Part shown: one piece after another, positions 48,182 to 58,827 of the stretch
Layout of the letters: each line of letters opens with the position of its first letter
Numbering within the stretch: the first letter of the stretch is position 1
DNA from: Microcoleus sp.
GTDB taxonomy: Bacteria; Cyanobacteriota; Cyanobacteriia; Cyanobacteriales; Microcoleaceae
Length of the DNA: 64,000 nucleotides
Assembly: GCA_042408215.1 (NCBI GenBank)
Contig: JAYFMW010000022.1
Span: 35,974-99,973, forward strand
Direction: 5' to 3'
Program-made: the position numbers and the translations under genes
Notes under the pieces: generated by a model
What the model saw: the letters and a program-made list of their open reading frames with translations, nothing else
The model's database searches: none
What the model was told of the DNA's origin: nothing

Positions 48182-48577
48182 ATGGATCACACACTTGTTA
48201 TGTACGAAGGTGGCTGTCACTGTGGTGCTGTCCGCTTCCGAGTCGCGGTTGACAAACACGAAGCTGCTGATTGCAACTGTTCTATCTGTCACAAGAAGGG
48301 ATTTTTGCACCTAATTGTGCCACCAGAACATTTTACATTGCTAAGTGGCGAAGATGTTTTGACAACTTATACGTTTAATACGGGGATTGCCAAACATACT
48401 TTCTGCCGGATTTGCGGTATTCACCCGTTTTATCGACCCCGATCGCATCCCGATCAATTTGATGTGAATGTCCGCTGTCTTGACTCAGATGCAATTTCTC
48501 AATTTCGCATCATACCCTTTGACGGTGTTAATTGGGAGCAGAACGTGCACCTGCTGCGGGACGAAAACAATCTGTGA
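48182..48577 (+). CDS. GFA/CENP-V family protein
   Basis: GGCHCGAVRF, CNCSIC, FC--CG. Confidence 0.92.
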   Translation: MDHTLVMYEGGCHCGAVRFRVAVDKHEAADCNCSICHKKGFLHLIVPPEHFTLLSGEDVLTTYTFNTGIAKHTFCRICGIHPFYRPRSHPDQFDVNVRCLDSDAISQFRIIPFDGVNWEQNVHLLRDENNL

Positions 48578-48670
48578 ACTTAAAACCGTATCTATATAAT
48601 AGACATCTCCATAAAAGCCAGTCTTGAACAAGCATCCTGCCTGTTCCACAATAAATATGGTCGAGGTCTA

Positions 48671-49750
48671 ATGATGTCGGATGAATTTGCTGTTTTGATT
48701 TTAGCTGCTGTATTAGATTACTCGATCGGCGATCCTTGGGGTTGGCCACATCCTGTACAGGCGATGGGTTGGGCGATCGACCGCTATACTCGGCTTGTCT
48801 TTAATATCTGGAATCATCCCCCTGGTAAAAGGCCTCACTTGGGCGATCGTCCCCCTGGCGATCGACCTAAACTGCTACTGAGGTGTGCTGGTATAATACT
48901 AGCGATCGGGCTGATTCTAGGCAGTTATACTGTCAGTTGGTCGAGCGTGCAAGCTGCTAGTTGGGTGCATCCTCTTTTGGGCCTTGCCTTACAGACCATT
49001 TTACTAGCAAGCTGTTTTGCCGGTCGGAGTTTGAGGGCCGCTGCGGAGGATGTGCTGGCACCTCTTTATGTGGGAGATTTAGTCAAGGCGCGAGAACGGT
49101 TGAGTCTTTACGTCGGTCGGGATACCGAAAACTTATCCGAGCCAGAAATTCTGCGAGCATTGTTAGAAACTGTAACAGAGAATGCAGTCGATGGCGTGAG
49201 TGCCCCGCTATTTTATGCCTTAGTTGGGTTCGCTCTACCACATCTATTATTAAGTGTTGGCAATTTGTCGATCGCCGACTCCTCGATGTCAGTGAGCGCG
49301 ATCGTCCCCTTGGCGATCGCCTATAAAGCAGCCAGTACATTAGATTCTACAGTTGGCTACAAAGAAGCACCTTACACCGATTTAGGATGGTTTAGCGCCA
49401 AACTAGAAGATGTCCTGACTTGGCTTCCTTGCCGATTAACAGTGATTACTTTAGCAGTTATATCGGGGAAACCCCTGTACATTTGGAAGATGTGTCAGAG
49501 AGATGCGGTGAAAGATGCCAGTCCCAATTCCGGTTGGAGCGAGTGCGCCTACGCCGCCATCTTGGGAGTGCAACTAGGAGGTACAAATTCCTATCGCGGA
49601 GTTGTTAAACACAAACCGCTGTTAGGCGAGCCGACTCAATCTATCACAGCGCAGCATATTTGCCAAGCATTGCAATTAACTCGGTATTGCTTTCTGATTT
49701 GGTTGGGATTATCATTGCTTTTTGATGCTTGCTTCATTTTTGTCCGCTGA
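48671..49750 (+). CDS. cbiB: Adenosylcobinamide-phosphate synthase CbiB/CobD
   Basis: GDP---PHPV, VGRDT, EN--DGV-APLFY, TLDS-VGY, SPNSG. Confidence 0.92.
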   Translation: MMSDEFAVLILAAVLDYSIGDPWGWPHPVQAMGWAIDRYTRLVFNIWNHPPGKRPHLGDRPPGDRPKLLLRCAGIILAIGLILGSYTVSWSSVQAASWVHPLLGLALQTILLASCFAGRSLRAAAEDVLAPLYVGDLVKARERLSLYVGRDTENLSEPEILRALLETVTENAVDGVSAPLFYALVGFALPHLLLSVGNLSIADSSMSVSAIVPLAIAYKAASTLDSTVGYKEAPYTDLGWFSAKLEDVLTWLPCRLTVITLAVISGKPLYIWKMCQRDAVKDASPNSGWSECAYAAILGVQLGGTNSYRGVVKHKPLLGEPTQSITAQHICQALQLTRYCFLIWLGLSLLFDACFIFVR

Positions 49751-49791
49751 CTGTCGATCCGCCAACAGCCAACAATTAGCAACAGCCACCA

Positions 49792-50325
49792 ATGACTAAA
49801 ATTATCGAAATTTTATCGCCGGATGAAGTGCGCCGCACTCTCACCCGTATAGCTTCCCAGATTGTGGAAAGGTCAGGCGACCCAGGAGAGTTAGTCCTGT
49901 TGGGTATTCATACTAGAGGAGTACCTTTAGCTCAAATTCTCGCTGCTCAAATTGAAGTCCTCGAACAAGTCAAAGTATCGGTGGGTGCTTTGGATATTAC
50001 GTTTTACCGAGATGATTTGGATCGAGTTGCGATGCGGACACCGGCTAAAACAGAAATTCCCTTTGATTTGACTGGCAAAACGGTTGTGTTGGTAGATGAC
50101 GTTATATATAAAGGTAGAACGATTCGAGCGGCTTTGAATGCAGTAAATGATTACGGCCGACCGGAGAAAATTTGGTTGGCGGTGTTAGTCGATCGCGGGC
50201 ACCGAGAAGTACCGATTCAGCCAGATTTTACGGGTAAAAAGTTGCCGACGGCGAAGGAAGAACAAGTTAAGGTTTACGTTCAAGAGATTGATGGGCGCGA
50301 CGGGGTGGAGTTAATTAAAGGTTGA
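49792..50325 (+). CDS. pyrR: Pyrimidine operon regulator / UPRTase PyrR
   Basis: [30 protein letters not shown]. Confidence 0.95.
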   Translation: MTKIIEILSPDEVRRTLTRIASQIVERSGDPGELVLLGIHTRGVPLAQILAAQIEVLEQVKVSVGALDITFYRDDLDRVAMRTPAKTEIPFDLTGKTVVLVDDVIYKGRTIRAALNAVNDYGRPEKIWLAVLVDRGHREVPIQPDFTGKKLPTAKEEQVKVYVQEIDGRDGVELIKG

Positions 50326-50334
50326 CAACGAAAT

Positions 50335-51110
50335 TAGGGACACGGCAATGCCCATAGGTGTCAACTTAACGTCAAACCCACTCAGAGACTGTTGTTTGAC
50401 GATTAGAGCTAGATCCCCCCGCATTCTTGCCCCCTACTCCCCCTTAAGAAGGGGGGGACAGGAGTCTTCTCTTTCGTCAACCCCTACTCACACCCTACTC
50501 CCTTCTTAAGGGGGATGCGAGGGGGATCTAGACTTATGTAAAAGCGAGAGATACCAAAGCTTTCAGGCTTAAGTTGACACCAATGGGCACGCTTGAGTGT
50601 CCCTACAAGGTGATTTTGGGTAGGGACACTCAAGCGTGCCCATTGGTGTCAACTTAACGTCAAACCCAGTCAGAGACTGCTGGCAAGACTATTAAGCCTA
50701 GATCCCCCCTAGCCCCCCTTCCCAAGGGGGGGACAAGAGTCTTCTCAAAGTCCCCCTTCTTAAGGGGGATTTAGGGGGATCTGGACTCAGGTAAAAACGA
50801 GATTTATCAAGGCTTTCAGGCTTAAGTTGACACCAATGGGCACGCTTGAGTGTCCCTACAAGGTGATTTTGGGTAGGGACACTCAAGCGTGCCCATTGGT
50901 GTCAACTTAACGTCAAACCCAGTCAGAGACTGCTGGCAAGACTATTAAGCCTAGATCCCCCCTAGCCCCCCTTCCCAAGGGGGGGACAAGAGTCTTCTCA
51001 AAGTCCCCCTTCTTAAGGGGGATTTAGGGGGATCTGGACTCAGGTAAAAGCGAGAGATACCAAAGCTTTCAGGCTTAAGTTGACACCTATGGGCACGCTT
51101 GAGTGTCCTA
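50335..51110. mobile_element. Three head-to-tail family C MITE copies, each set in a REP hairpin and joined by CAAGGTGATTTTGGG linkers
   Basis: Copies at 50335-50605, 50621-50858 and 50874-51110. Confidence 0.9.
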
Positions 51111-51151
51111 ATTTCTTACCGAGTATTTTTCTGAAATATCTTTTGTGAAAA

Positions 51152-51224
51152 TCGGCAGTGCAGGAGTTGAACCTGCCTGGGGCGAATTATGAGTTCGCTG
51201 CCTAAACCGCTCGGCCAACTGCCG
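51152..51224 (-). tRNA. tRNA with CAT anticodon, most likely tRNA-Ile2 (lysidine); CCA not encoded
   Basis: Cloverleaf: CGGCAGT/ACTGCCG acceptor, GCGAA-CTCATAA-TTCGC anticodon arm, GCAGG-TTCAACT-CCTGC T-arm; body resembles cyanobacterial Ile2. Confidence 0.9.
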
Positions 51225-51407
51225 TTAAATCGCTTGGTGCGATCGAACTTAAAATGAATGATAACATAATTTCCCAGTCCGTGCTAGAACTAGAGAACAA
51301 AAATCACAATCTTGGATCTGCTGACCCCGATCGCCACAAAGAAGCGCAAGCTAGAGTCGATCGGGCAAACAAAGCAGTTCTAGGACTTGGCATAAAACTT
51401 ACAGGAA

Positions 51408-52100
51408 ATGGTACTGAATTCGACGGTAGTGCTGACTCTGATTCTGCTAACTCTGATGTTCGGAGCTGGTGTGACGAGTTCTGTTTGGGGATTTACTTTA
51501 GGTCGCGAAGCTTTGACAGGAACGACTCAACCCGACGTTCGCCCCAGCAGTAATGCAGGCGGCAAGCAGGGAACTCCCGCTAAAGGCGACCAAGTGAGCA
51601 TTTTGAAAGAAAAAGACATTCTGAAAACCGTCAAAGCGCGGATAGAAGGTCGCGATCCAGATAAAACAAAGGCTCAAGGGAATACCAAAGCAGACAAGGC
51701 TAGCTCTAAATCAGCTACAGCCAAAAAAACAGCCACTGGGCAAAATGCCAGCGCCAAGTTTCCCATGAACAGTCGCGACGGGGGAATCACCCTGGAAGTG
51801 ACTGCGGCTAATCAACGAAGCAACTCTATGCTGCTAGACGTGAGCATGAAGAACGAAGGCACCCAAGCTGTACGGTTTCTCTACAGTTTCTTGAACGTCA
51901 CTGACAATCAGGGCCGGGTACTGAGCGCGACGGCCGAGGATTTGCCGGCGGAACTGCCCCCCAACGGGCAGATCTTTTACGGTACGGTTAGTATTCCGAC
52001 AGCTTTGCTGGAAAATGCTAAAGAACTTTCGCTGACGCTGACAGATTATCCCGGTCAAAAACTCCAGTTGCAAATAGTTGGCATTCCAGTGCCGAAGTAA
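51408..52100 (+). CDS. Hypothetical membrane-anchored cyanobacterial protein
   Basis: N-terminal TM helix, Lys/Ala-rich linker, VRFLYSFL-V-D and LTDYP C-terminal domain. Confidence 0.8.
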   Translation: MVLNSTVVLTLILLTLMFGAGVTSSVWGFTLGREALTGTTQPDVRPSSNAGGKQGTPAKGDQVSILKEKDILKTVKARIEGRDPDKTKAQGNTKADKASSKSATAKKTATGQNASAKFPMNSRDGGITLEVTAANQRSNSMLLDVSMKNEGTQAVRFLYSFLNVTDNQGRVLSATAEDLPAELPPNGQIFYGTVSIPTALLENAKELSLTLTDYPGQKLQLQIVGIPVPK

Positions 52101-52310
52101 TAGCAAAAGGCAATAGCGTCGCTGAATTAAGAATTGGAAAATATTTGCAGATGCTTGCCCCTGTTGTGTTCGTGTTAGGGGGATTGTCAACAATTTTAGC
52201 TTGCTGCGGGGGAGGCCAAACCGATCGACTGGTTCTCTGGCTCGATCGAGAAAGTTGTTCTAGGCAGGGCTGTGTCACTCCAAGGGGCATTCGCCCGGAG
52301 AGTTTAGGAG

Positions 52311-53726
52311 ATGGCTGAGTTGCCTGGGATGACTTGGACAGAGGTGCTGTCACGGTTGCTGTCAGTGCTGCTGCTGATTGCGATCAATGCTTTTTTTGTG
52401 GCGGCTGAGTTTTCGATGGTGACGGTGCGCCGATCGCGCATCAATCAGTTAGTTGAGGCCGGCGATGCTCCGGCTCTAACTGTTCAATCTTTGCTGCAAA
52501 GTATCGATCGATTGCTCTCGACCATGCAGTTGGGAATCACTCTTTCTAGTTTAGCTCTCGGCTGGATTGGGGAAGATACGATCGCCGTGCTGATCCGAGT
52601 TGCGATCGGCTGTTTGCCACTGCCAACTTATATCCAGGAGTCGATCGCCCATTCCTTTAGCATATCCATAGTAACTTTTTTCCTACTAGCTTATCTACAA
52701 ATCGTATTGGGAGAACTGCTTCCGAAATCTGTAGCGTTACTTTATTCCGAAAAATTAGCCAGAGGTTTAGGCACTCCCAGTTTACTGATTGCTCGTTTAT
52801 TCAATCCATTTGTGTCCTTGCTCAATCAATCAACTCGATCGCTCCTAGGACTCGCCGGCATTGAATACGATGTCACCCATCGGCCAGTGACTCCCGAAGA
52901 ACTGCAATTAATTATAGCTACTTCCAGCGAGTCAAGCGGCTTCGGGGCCGATGAGCGAGAATTGCTCAACAACGTGTTTGAATTTGGCGAAGTTTGGGTA
53001 CAAGAAGTGATGGTGCCGAGGCCCAGCATTGTCGCGCTTCCCAAGACGGCCACTTTTCAAACTTTGCTCTCGGAAATTGCGATTTCCAACCATTCCCGCT
53101 ATCCCGTGATGGGAGATTCTTTAGACGACATGATCGGCATTATTGACTTCAAACAACTTGCTAAACCCCTAGCTGAAGGTTTGTTATCACCCGACACGCC
53201 AATTATAAATTGGATGCGTCCAGTGAGGTTTGTGCCGGAGATGATGCTGCTGGGGGAATTGCTGCCTTTGATGCAGCGTTCGTCGTCAGAAATTGCGATC
53301 GTCGTCGATGAATTTGGTGGCATTTCCGGGTTAGTGACACTGCGGGATTTGATTGCGGAAATTATCGGCCACAGCTACGAGTCACCCGACAGCAAAGAAA
53401 TTGCTGTGCAAGTATTGGACGATCGCACTTTTTTAGTACAAGCGCAGTTAAATGTAGATGATGTGAATCAAATATTGAATTTGGATCTGCCAGTAACTGA
53501 TGAATACCAAACCATTGGAGGTTTTTTGAGCTATCAGTTGCAAAGAATGCCGGCTGTGGGGGAAGTGTGGCGCTGCGAAAATGTGGAACTGGCGGTGGTT
53601 TCTGTTTGCGGGCCGCGGTTGGATCAAATTCAAGTTCAGTTGTTGTCAGGGGCGGCGGGCGATCGAACTTTAGGTGAAGTTGGACAGACGGATGGGGAAA
53701 TTGTGGGAAAAGGGCGATCGAACTAG
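52311..53726 (+). CDS. CNNM/CorC (hemolysin-like) transporter-associated protein
   Basis: NAFFVAAEF, GEL-PK, HSRYPV, VVDEFGG, CBS pair plus CorC domain. Confidence 0.92.
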   Translation: MAELPGMTWTEVLSRLLSVLLLIAINAFFVAAEFSMVTVRRSRINQLVEAGDAPALTVQSLLQSIDRLLSTMQLGITLSSLALGWIGEDTIAVLIRVAIGCLPLPTYIQESIAHSFSISIVTFFLLAYLQIVLGELLPKSVALLYSEKLARGLGTPSLLIARLFNPFVSLLNQSTRSLLGLAGIEYDVTHRPVTPEELQLIIATSSESSGFGADERELLNNVFEFGEVWVQEVMVPRPSIVALPKTATFQTLLSEIAISNHSRYPVMGDSLDDMIGIIDFKQLAKPLAEGLLSPDTPIINWMRPVRFVPEMMLLGELLPLMQRSSSEIAIVVDEFGGISGLVTLRDLIAEIIGHSYESPDSKEIAVQVLDDRTFLVQAQLNVDDVNQILNLDLPVTDEYQTIGGFLSYQLQRMPAVGEVWRCENVELAVVSVCGPRLDQIQVQLLSGAAGDRTLGEVGQTDGEIVGKGRSN

Positions 53727-53905
53727 CGGGTTGAAAGGTGCGGCGAAATTTTCTAGTTAAGATTTTGATTAAAAGGGCGATCGAAATAGCACAACTCATT
53801 AGTTAGTAAAACCTCTAGGTTCGTAGTTGCCCTTTTTTAGCGTCGCATCCCTTATACAATCGGCGCTAAAGCCAACGCCAAGCACAACTACAAACTTGGC
53901 AAGCC

Positions 53906-55387
53906 CTAAATATAAGAAATATCAGTGGGAGCGACTTGATATCCCATCACTTTTACAATCAAATCTCCTCCCTTGAGAAGCTGAGTATCGGCACCAACGA
54001 TCTGCCTGACAGTACCCATTGCAACTGTGATTTTATCTCCTGCCTGCCAGTTCATAATTTGGGCATAGTCAGATGCACCTCCGCCCTCATAGAAATTAGC
54101 CCCATTTTCTGCAACAATGTATTTAACAAATGAATTGGCATCAGCAGAATGATACAAAACATCCACTTCACCAAATCCAATTTTTCCTGCTGAATTTACA
54201 CCTGCACCGCGAAGTGTATCGGAGCCCGCACCTCCGAAGAGAGTATCATTGCCAAGGCCTCCAAAAAGATAGTCATTCCCTGGCCCGCCAAGCAGCCTGT
54301 CATTGCCAGCTCCTCCAAACAAAGAGTCATTTCCGCTACCTCCAGTGAGAGTGTCATTTCCAGGGCCACCGGCAAGCGTGTCATTTCCCAGGCCGCCTGT
54401 TATACTGTCATTTCCCTTCGTTCCTCCGATCACAACACCCAATTTTCCCGGACTTAACTGATCTTTGATAGTTGGTGCTGTCAGTGGAATCGGAGTTAAA
54501 TTAATTCCAGCCGCGATCGAATCAATGTTGTATCCTATATCTGCTAATACTGAAAGATCCAACTTGGTAATTCCCGTATAGTCAGGAGAGTTAGGGTTAG
54601 CGTAATTAACTCCAGAACCATACTGGGGGATCATCAATTCTTTAACAGACCGCGTGCTTCCTGCCAGTGTACCTTGAACACTAGCATCAAAATGGTCTTG
54701 TTTGCTTAGCTCTTTGGAAAGCGGGACACCATTCGGGGTATTTAATCCTTTGAATACAGGAGGAGTATCAAGATTCCCAGTTGCTGGATTTAGAGTACGC
54801 AAGCGGTAAGCTGTTTGATTCTTGGGGCCGAAAAGCAAACTGTTGTCAGTTGTAAAACCTAAAGCGTGTCCAATTTCGTGCAATGCAACTGTATACAGGT
54901 CGAAATCTTGAGGACCAAAAACAGTATTAGCACCCCATTTAAAACTCCGATCGGAATTAAAAGATATGGCAGCTACAGATGGTTCAAAATTAATTCCATG
55001 TCGTCTTGCCAAAGCATATTCATAATCATATTTGACTGCTGAATCGCCAGGTTTTTGAATGATGAGACCATTCGTTGTGCCGGCGATACCTTTGTCGCCT
55101 GGATTACTAGCAGAATACGATTTAGTGCCTACATAAATTCGCAAATCTGGAATAGTATCATTGGGTGCAAGAGTAATAGTTGAAGAGCCAGCACCGGCCG
55201 GATTTGCTATAAGTTGGAATGTAGTACCTCCAGGAATTTCATCAAAGTCATCTTTGATATACTTTGCCCATTCAGCAGCAGCTCTTCTGACAGTTTCTTG
55301 TGCAGCTTTTCCGTCTGGGGTGGAGCTATTGAACAGTTGCGAGGTTGAGGCAAATTTATCAAAATCTATTTGTATGTTGAATGCCAT
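53906..55387 (-). CDS. Zinc metalloprotease (metzincin-like) with RTX Ca-binding repeats
   Basis: HEIGHALG, downstream DH and ELM (Met-turn-like); about 8 GGxGNDxL repeats; no Sec signal. Confidence 0.85.
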   Translation of the reverse strand: MAFNIQIDFDKFASTSQLFNSSTPDGKAAQETVRRAAAEWAKYIKDDFDEIPGGTTFQLIANPAGAGSSTITLAPNDTIPDLRIYVGTKSYSASNPGDKGIAGTTNGLIIQKPGDSAVKYDYEYALARRHGINFEPSVAAISFNSDRSFKWGANTVFGPQDFDLYTVALHEIGHALGFTTDNSLLFGPKNQTAYRLRTLNPATGNLDTPPVFKGLNTPNGVPLSKELSKQDHFDASVQGTLAGSTRSVKELMIPQYGSGVNYANPNSPDYTGITKLDLSVLADIGYNIDSIAAGINLTPIPLTAPTIKDQLSPGKLGVVIGGTKGNDSITGGLGNDTLAGGPGNDTLTGGSGNDSLFGGAGNDRLLGGPGNDYLFGGLGNDTLFGGAGSDTLRGAGVNSAGKIGFGEVDVLYHSADANSFVKYIVAENGANFYEGGGASDYAQIMNWQAGDKITVAMGTVRQIVGADTQLLKGGDLIVKVMGYQVAPTDISYI

Positions 55388-55454
55388 GACTGCTTCTCCC
55401 TGATGTTATGATGCTTGTTGTAGTTAACGTTAACTCATCCGCAACCTAAAAAAC

Positions 55455-56498
55455 ATGATTATTTGGAAGATTCATCAACTCTTAACAAACTTGGTAGAAT
55501 TACTGAGTTTTGTTCCTCGCAAAATAGTTCAAATATCCCTCGTTTTTGGCATAGCTGTGCTCATCACCATAGCAAAATACAATATTCCTGCGTCAGTAGC
55601 AGTGTCCAAAGATAGCAGCACTTACCGTACTTTTACTGAGTGGTGTTTAAAGAAAGAAACTCTTCAGCCCGGTACGAGAGATATTGTCAATGAAATGTTG
55701 AGGAAAACTGCTACTTCTGACTGCAAAGAAGCTAGCCTGAAACTTTCAGAAATTAAAGACTTCGCACCCTCACTGTCAGACAGTAAAAATGTTGACATCA
55801 CACCAGTGAAATTCATGACTAACTTAACTATGCTAACTTTGGGCGATCAAATCTCGGATATCAGTCCTCTAAAATTTCTCACCAAATTAGAATACGTTTC
55901 CCTCAATGGCAACAAAATTTCCGATCTGGGCCCGCTGAAGTCTTTGACCAATTTATCAGAACTTTACCTCGGTAACAATCAAATTTCCGATCTGGGCCCT
56001 CTAAAATCCCTAGTTAATCTATATGAACTCCAGCTCGATCACAATCAAATTTCCGATATCAGTCCACTAATGTCTTTGAGCAATTTAGGCAAACTTTACC
56101 TCGACAACAATCAAATTGTTAGTATTAACCCCCTAAAATCCCTCACTAAGCTATTTCATTTATACCTCAGCAACAATCAGATTTCGGATATTAGCCCGAT
56201 CGAAAATCTCACTAAACTCGTTCGACTAGAACTCGACAACAATCAAATCTCGGATATTAGCCCGCTCAGGTATCTCACTAATCTATTTCCTGAATTAAGA
56301 CTCCACAACAATCAAATTTCCGATATTAGCCCGCTCGCTTTTCTCACCCAATTAGAAGGTTTGTCGCTTCACAACAATCAAATTTTTGATATTAGCCCAC
56401 TCAGATATCTCACAAATTTAAATGGGGTATTGCTAATGAACAACCCGATCGCAAATAAATCTTGTCCGTTAAAACCTGAGTCTATTTGTAGATTTTAA
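55455..56498 (+). CDS. Internalin-like leucine-rich repeat protein
   Basis: Hydrophobic N-terminal segment; F-EWC cap; about ten 22-aa L-L-NNQISDISPL repeats; CP---ESIC end. Confidence 0.9.
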   Translation: MIIWKIHQLLTNLVELLSFVPRKIVQISLVFGIAVLITIAKYNIPASVAVSKDSSTYRTFTEWCLKKETLQPGTRDIVNEMLRKTATSDCKEASLKLSEIKDFAPSLSDSKNVDITPVKFMTNLTMLTLGDQISDISPLKFLTKLEYVSLNGNKISDLGPLKSLTNLSELYLGNNQISDLGPLKSLVNLYELQLDHNQISDISPLMSLSNLGKLYLDNNQIVSINPLKSLTKLFHLYLSNNQISDISPIENLTKLVRLELDNNQISDISPLRYLTNLFPELRLHNNQISDISPLAFLTQLEGLSLHNNQIFDISPLRYLTNLNGVLLMNNPIANKSCPLKPESICRF

Positions 56499-56607
56499 TA
56501 GCGAAAATACAGGTCAGATGCTGGGATTGCTTTCATAAGAGATCGCGAAAGCTAACGCTCTTCTAGTGAGCAATGACAGAAATACGTTCTTGATGCGTAA
56601 GTCATAT

Positions 56608-57282
56608 TTAAGCATAAGGCACCGGATCTTGCAATCCCAATTCTTCAAAAGCCGCCAGCCGCAGCCGACAAGAATCGCAAACGCCGCACGCATTTTCTCC
56701 GCCGGCGTAGCAAGACCAAGTTTGCTCCCAAGGCACTCCTAATTTGTTACCCAATTGAATAATTTCTGTCTTTTTAAGTTCAATCAAAGGTGTTATAATA
56801 TTAATAGGTTCTCCTTCCCTTCCCTGCTTTGTTCCCAACCGAAATACTTCCTGCATGGCTTGGATATAATCGAGGCGACAGTCGGGATAGCCGGAATAAT
56901 CTAAAGCGTTGACGCCGATGTAAATTCGCTGAGCTCCTAGGGTTTCGGCGTAGGCTAGGGCAAAACTGAGAAATATCGTATTTCTAGCAGGAACGTAGGT
57001 AATTGGGATGTTTTGGGACATTTCTGTGAGACTGCGATCGATCGGCAATTCGATCTGATTATCCGTCAAAGCCGAACCTCCCCAAAGCGTCAAATCAAAG
57101 TTGACTATCTGATGCGCCTTAACACCTGCCGAAAGTGCGATCGCCCTTGCTGATTCCAACTCCCGCCGGTGTCTTTGCTTGTAGTCAAAGGAAATCGCGT
57201 AACACTCGCAGCCGTCGGCTTTGGCTTGATACAAAACTGTTGAGGAATCCAGCCCTCCTGATAATAAAATAACTGCTTTCAT
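56608..57282 (-). CDS. queC: 7-cyano-7-deazaguanine synthase
   Basis: LSGGLDS, YVPARN, DYSGYPDCR, TWSCY...CG-CDSC. Confidence 0.96.
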   Translation of the reverse strand: MKAVILLSGGLDSSTVLYQAKADGCECYAISFDYKQRHRRELESARAIALSAGVKAHQIVNFDLTLWGGSALTDNQIELPIDRSLTEMSQNIPITYVPARNTIFLSFALAYAETLGAQRIYIGVNALDYSGYPDCRLDYIQAMQEVFRLGTKQGREGEPINIITPLIELKKTEIIQLGNKLGVPWEQTWSCYAGGENACGVCDSCRLRLAAFEELGLQDPVPYA

Positions 57283-57512
57283 TTAAAACATCCTCAATCG
57301 AATTAGCTTTTATATTTATATCAAATCTTTTGTGAATTGACAAGATAGCAATTCTCAATTTGAACGAACCGCGAAGACGCTCATGACGCGAAGGAAGAGC
57401 AGAGAAGATAAGAGAAGATAAGAGAAGATAAGATCAGAGTAAGAGTTCACCTTTGATGGGAGGATTGCTATACAGCAGATTCCACATTTATGAAGGACAC
57501 CGCGCGATCGAT

Positions 57513-58593
57513 CTATCCCCACCCTAGGGACACGGCATTGCTGTTAGTATCGCGACAATTGTCGCTAGCAACTGCAACGGGAATTCCTGCTGCTTTGAGT
57601 TCGTGCAATAGCGTCACTCCCCGCCAGCGTGGCGTACTCTGAGATTGTCTGTCTTGTAGGTAAAGATTGCACATCGGTAAGCTGATAATGCCGATATTTG
57701 CTTCTTTGACTAAGGTCATGGTTTCTGTTACTAAGTCTGACGTTTGTACGGTTAAAATGCGGCAGTGTCCGCAGATAATTTGACCTGCAAATTGATGGCG
57801 TAAACGGTCACTGAGCGGAGTTGAATTGTTGCTACTTCTCTCAATGTTACTGATTCTGGATCGTCGTTTTCGTCGGTGTGTAAGTCGAGGTTTAAGCCTC
57901 GTTCTTGGGCTAAGGTAAAAACTCGATCGAGTTGTTTGTCTAAGTCGGGATTCATGTAGGCAAAACCGCCGAGAATGCCGCCAATTTCAGCAATTTTGTC
58001 GGCTAATTTTTCCCCTGCTGGTGTCAGGAAATAGTCGAGGGAAACTAGGCTAACTGCTTGCAAGATTAGCCGATCGCCCCATTTGGCTCGCAACTCTTGA
58101 AATACTGCTAAACTAATGGTTCCCTGTTCGCCTGCTGGGTCGATGTGGGTGCGGATGGCTTTGGTACCGTGGGCATAACTGCACTCGATCCCGAACTCCA
58201 TGCGCCGATAAACATCGTCTGCATTCCAGTTTTTTTGAGCGTCAGCGCCCACAGCTTCGATCGCACTGGCGAAAGTTCCATCGGGATTGGGCGATCGCTC
58301 CCAAGCATGACCTTTGTCTAAATGGGTGTGCAAATCCACAAAGCAAGGAAAAACACAAACCCACCGCGCAAATCTACAACTGGGATATCTGCAATTTGGG
58401 ATGGGGCTTCTGTACTTGCGGGGGTAATTTGGGCGATCGCACCTGCGGCAATTTCCAAATCCACTAAACACAAACCCTCGCCAGTCTGTCTGACTGCGAC
58501 TGGATCGGGCTTAAGTGCGATCGATTGCGTCTCTGAGAGAGACAGGGGCACGCAAGCATTTTTTAGCAAATAATTAGATGTACTTGGCAACAT
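57513..58593 (-). pseudogene. Cytosine deaminase-like amidohydrolase, frameshifted and 3'-truncated
   Basis: DLHTHLDK, RTHID, DLHTDE and SDN-RD motifs spread over three frames; ends in a REP arm near 57525. Confidence 0.85.
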
Positions 58594-58827
58594 TCAATTT
58601 ATGAGTTAATATTTTCTTGATAATTCAGTGCTATCATCTGTAACTATAGCAACCTTTGCAGGAGTTGTAAACATCTATCTTTACCTATTTCTCTATTTGT
58701 TGATTTTTCTGTTACCTCTGTATTTGGATTCAACAAAAATATCCACAAATTAGATCAATTTACTAGATAAACTCAGATTTAGCCTCCCAACCAACAGCAG
58801 TATCCATAGCAAGAGCAAAATCAAACT

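Noticed and set aside
51152..51224. Initiator tRNA-fMet, or an integrative element at the tRNA 3' end
   Set aside because: Has a paired 1-72 position and lacks the three G-C anticodon-stem pairs of fMet; no duplicated tRNA 3' end or integrase seen
51254..51553. 99-aa ORF upstream of the 51408 gene
   Set aside because: Overlaps the tRNA promoter region and the better-supported CDS in another frame; no recognisable motifs
56608..57282. queC as part of a QatABCD or Dpd defence system
   Set aside because: Canonical stand-alone QueC sequence with no qat or dpd neighbours
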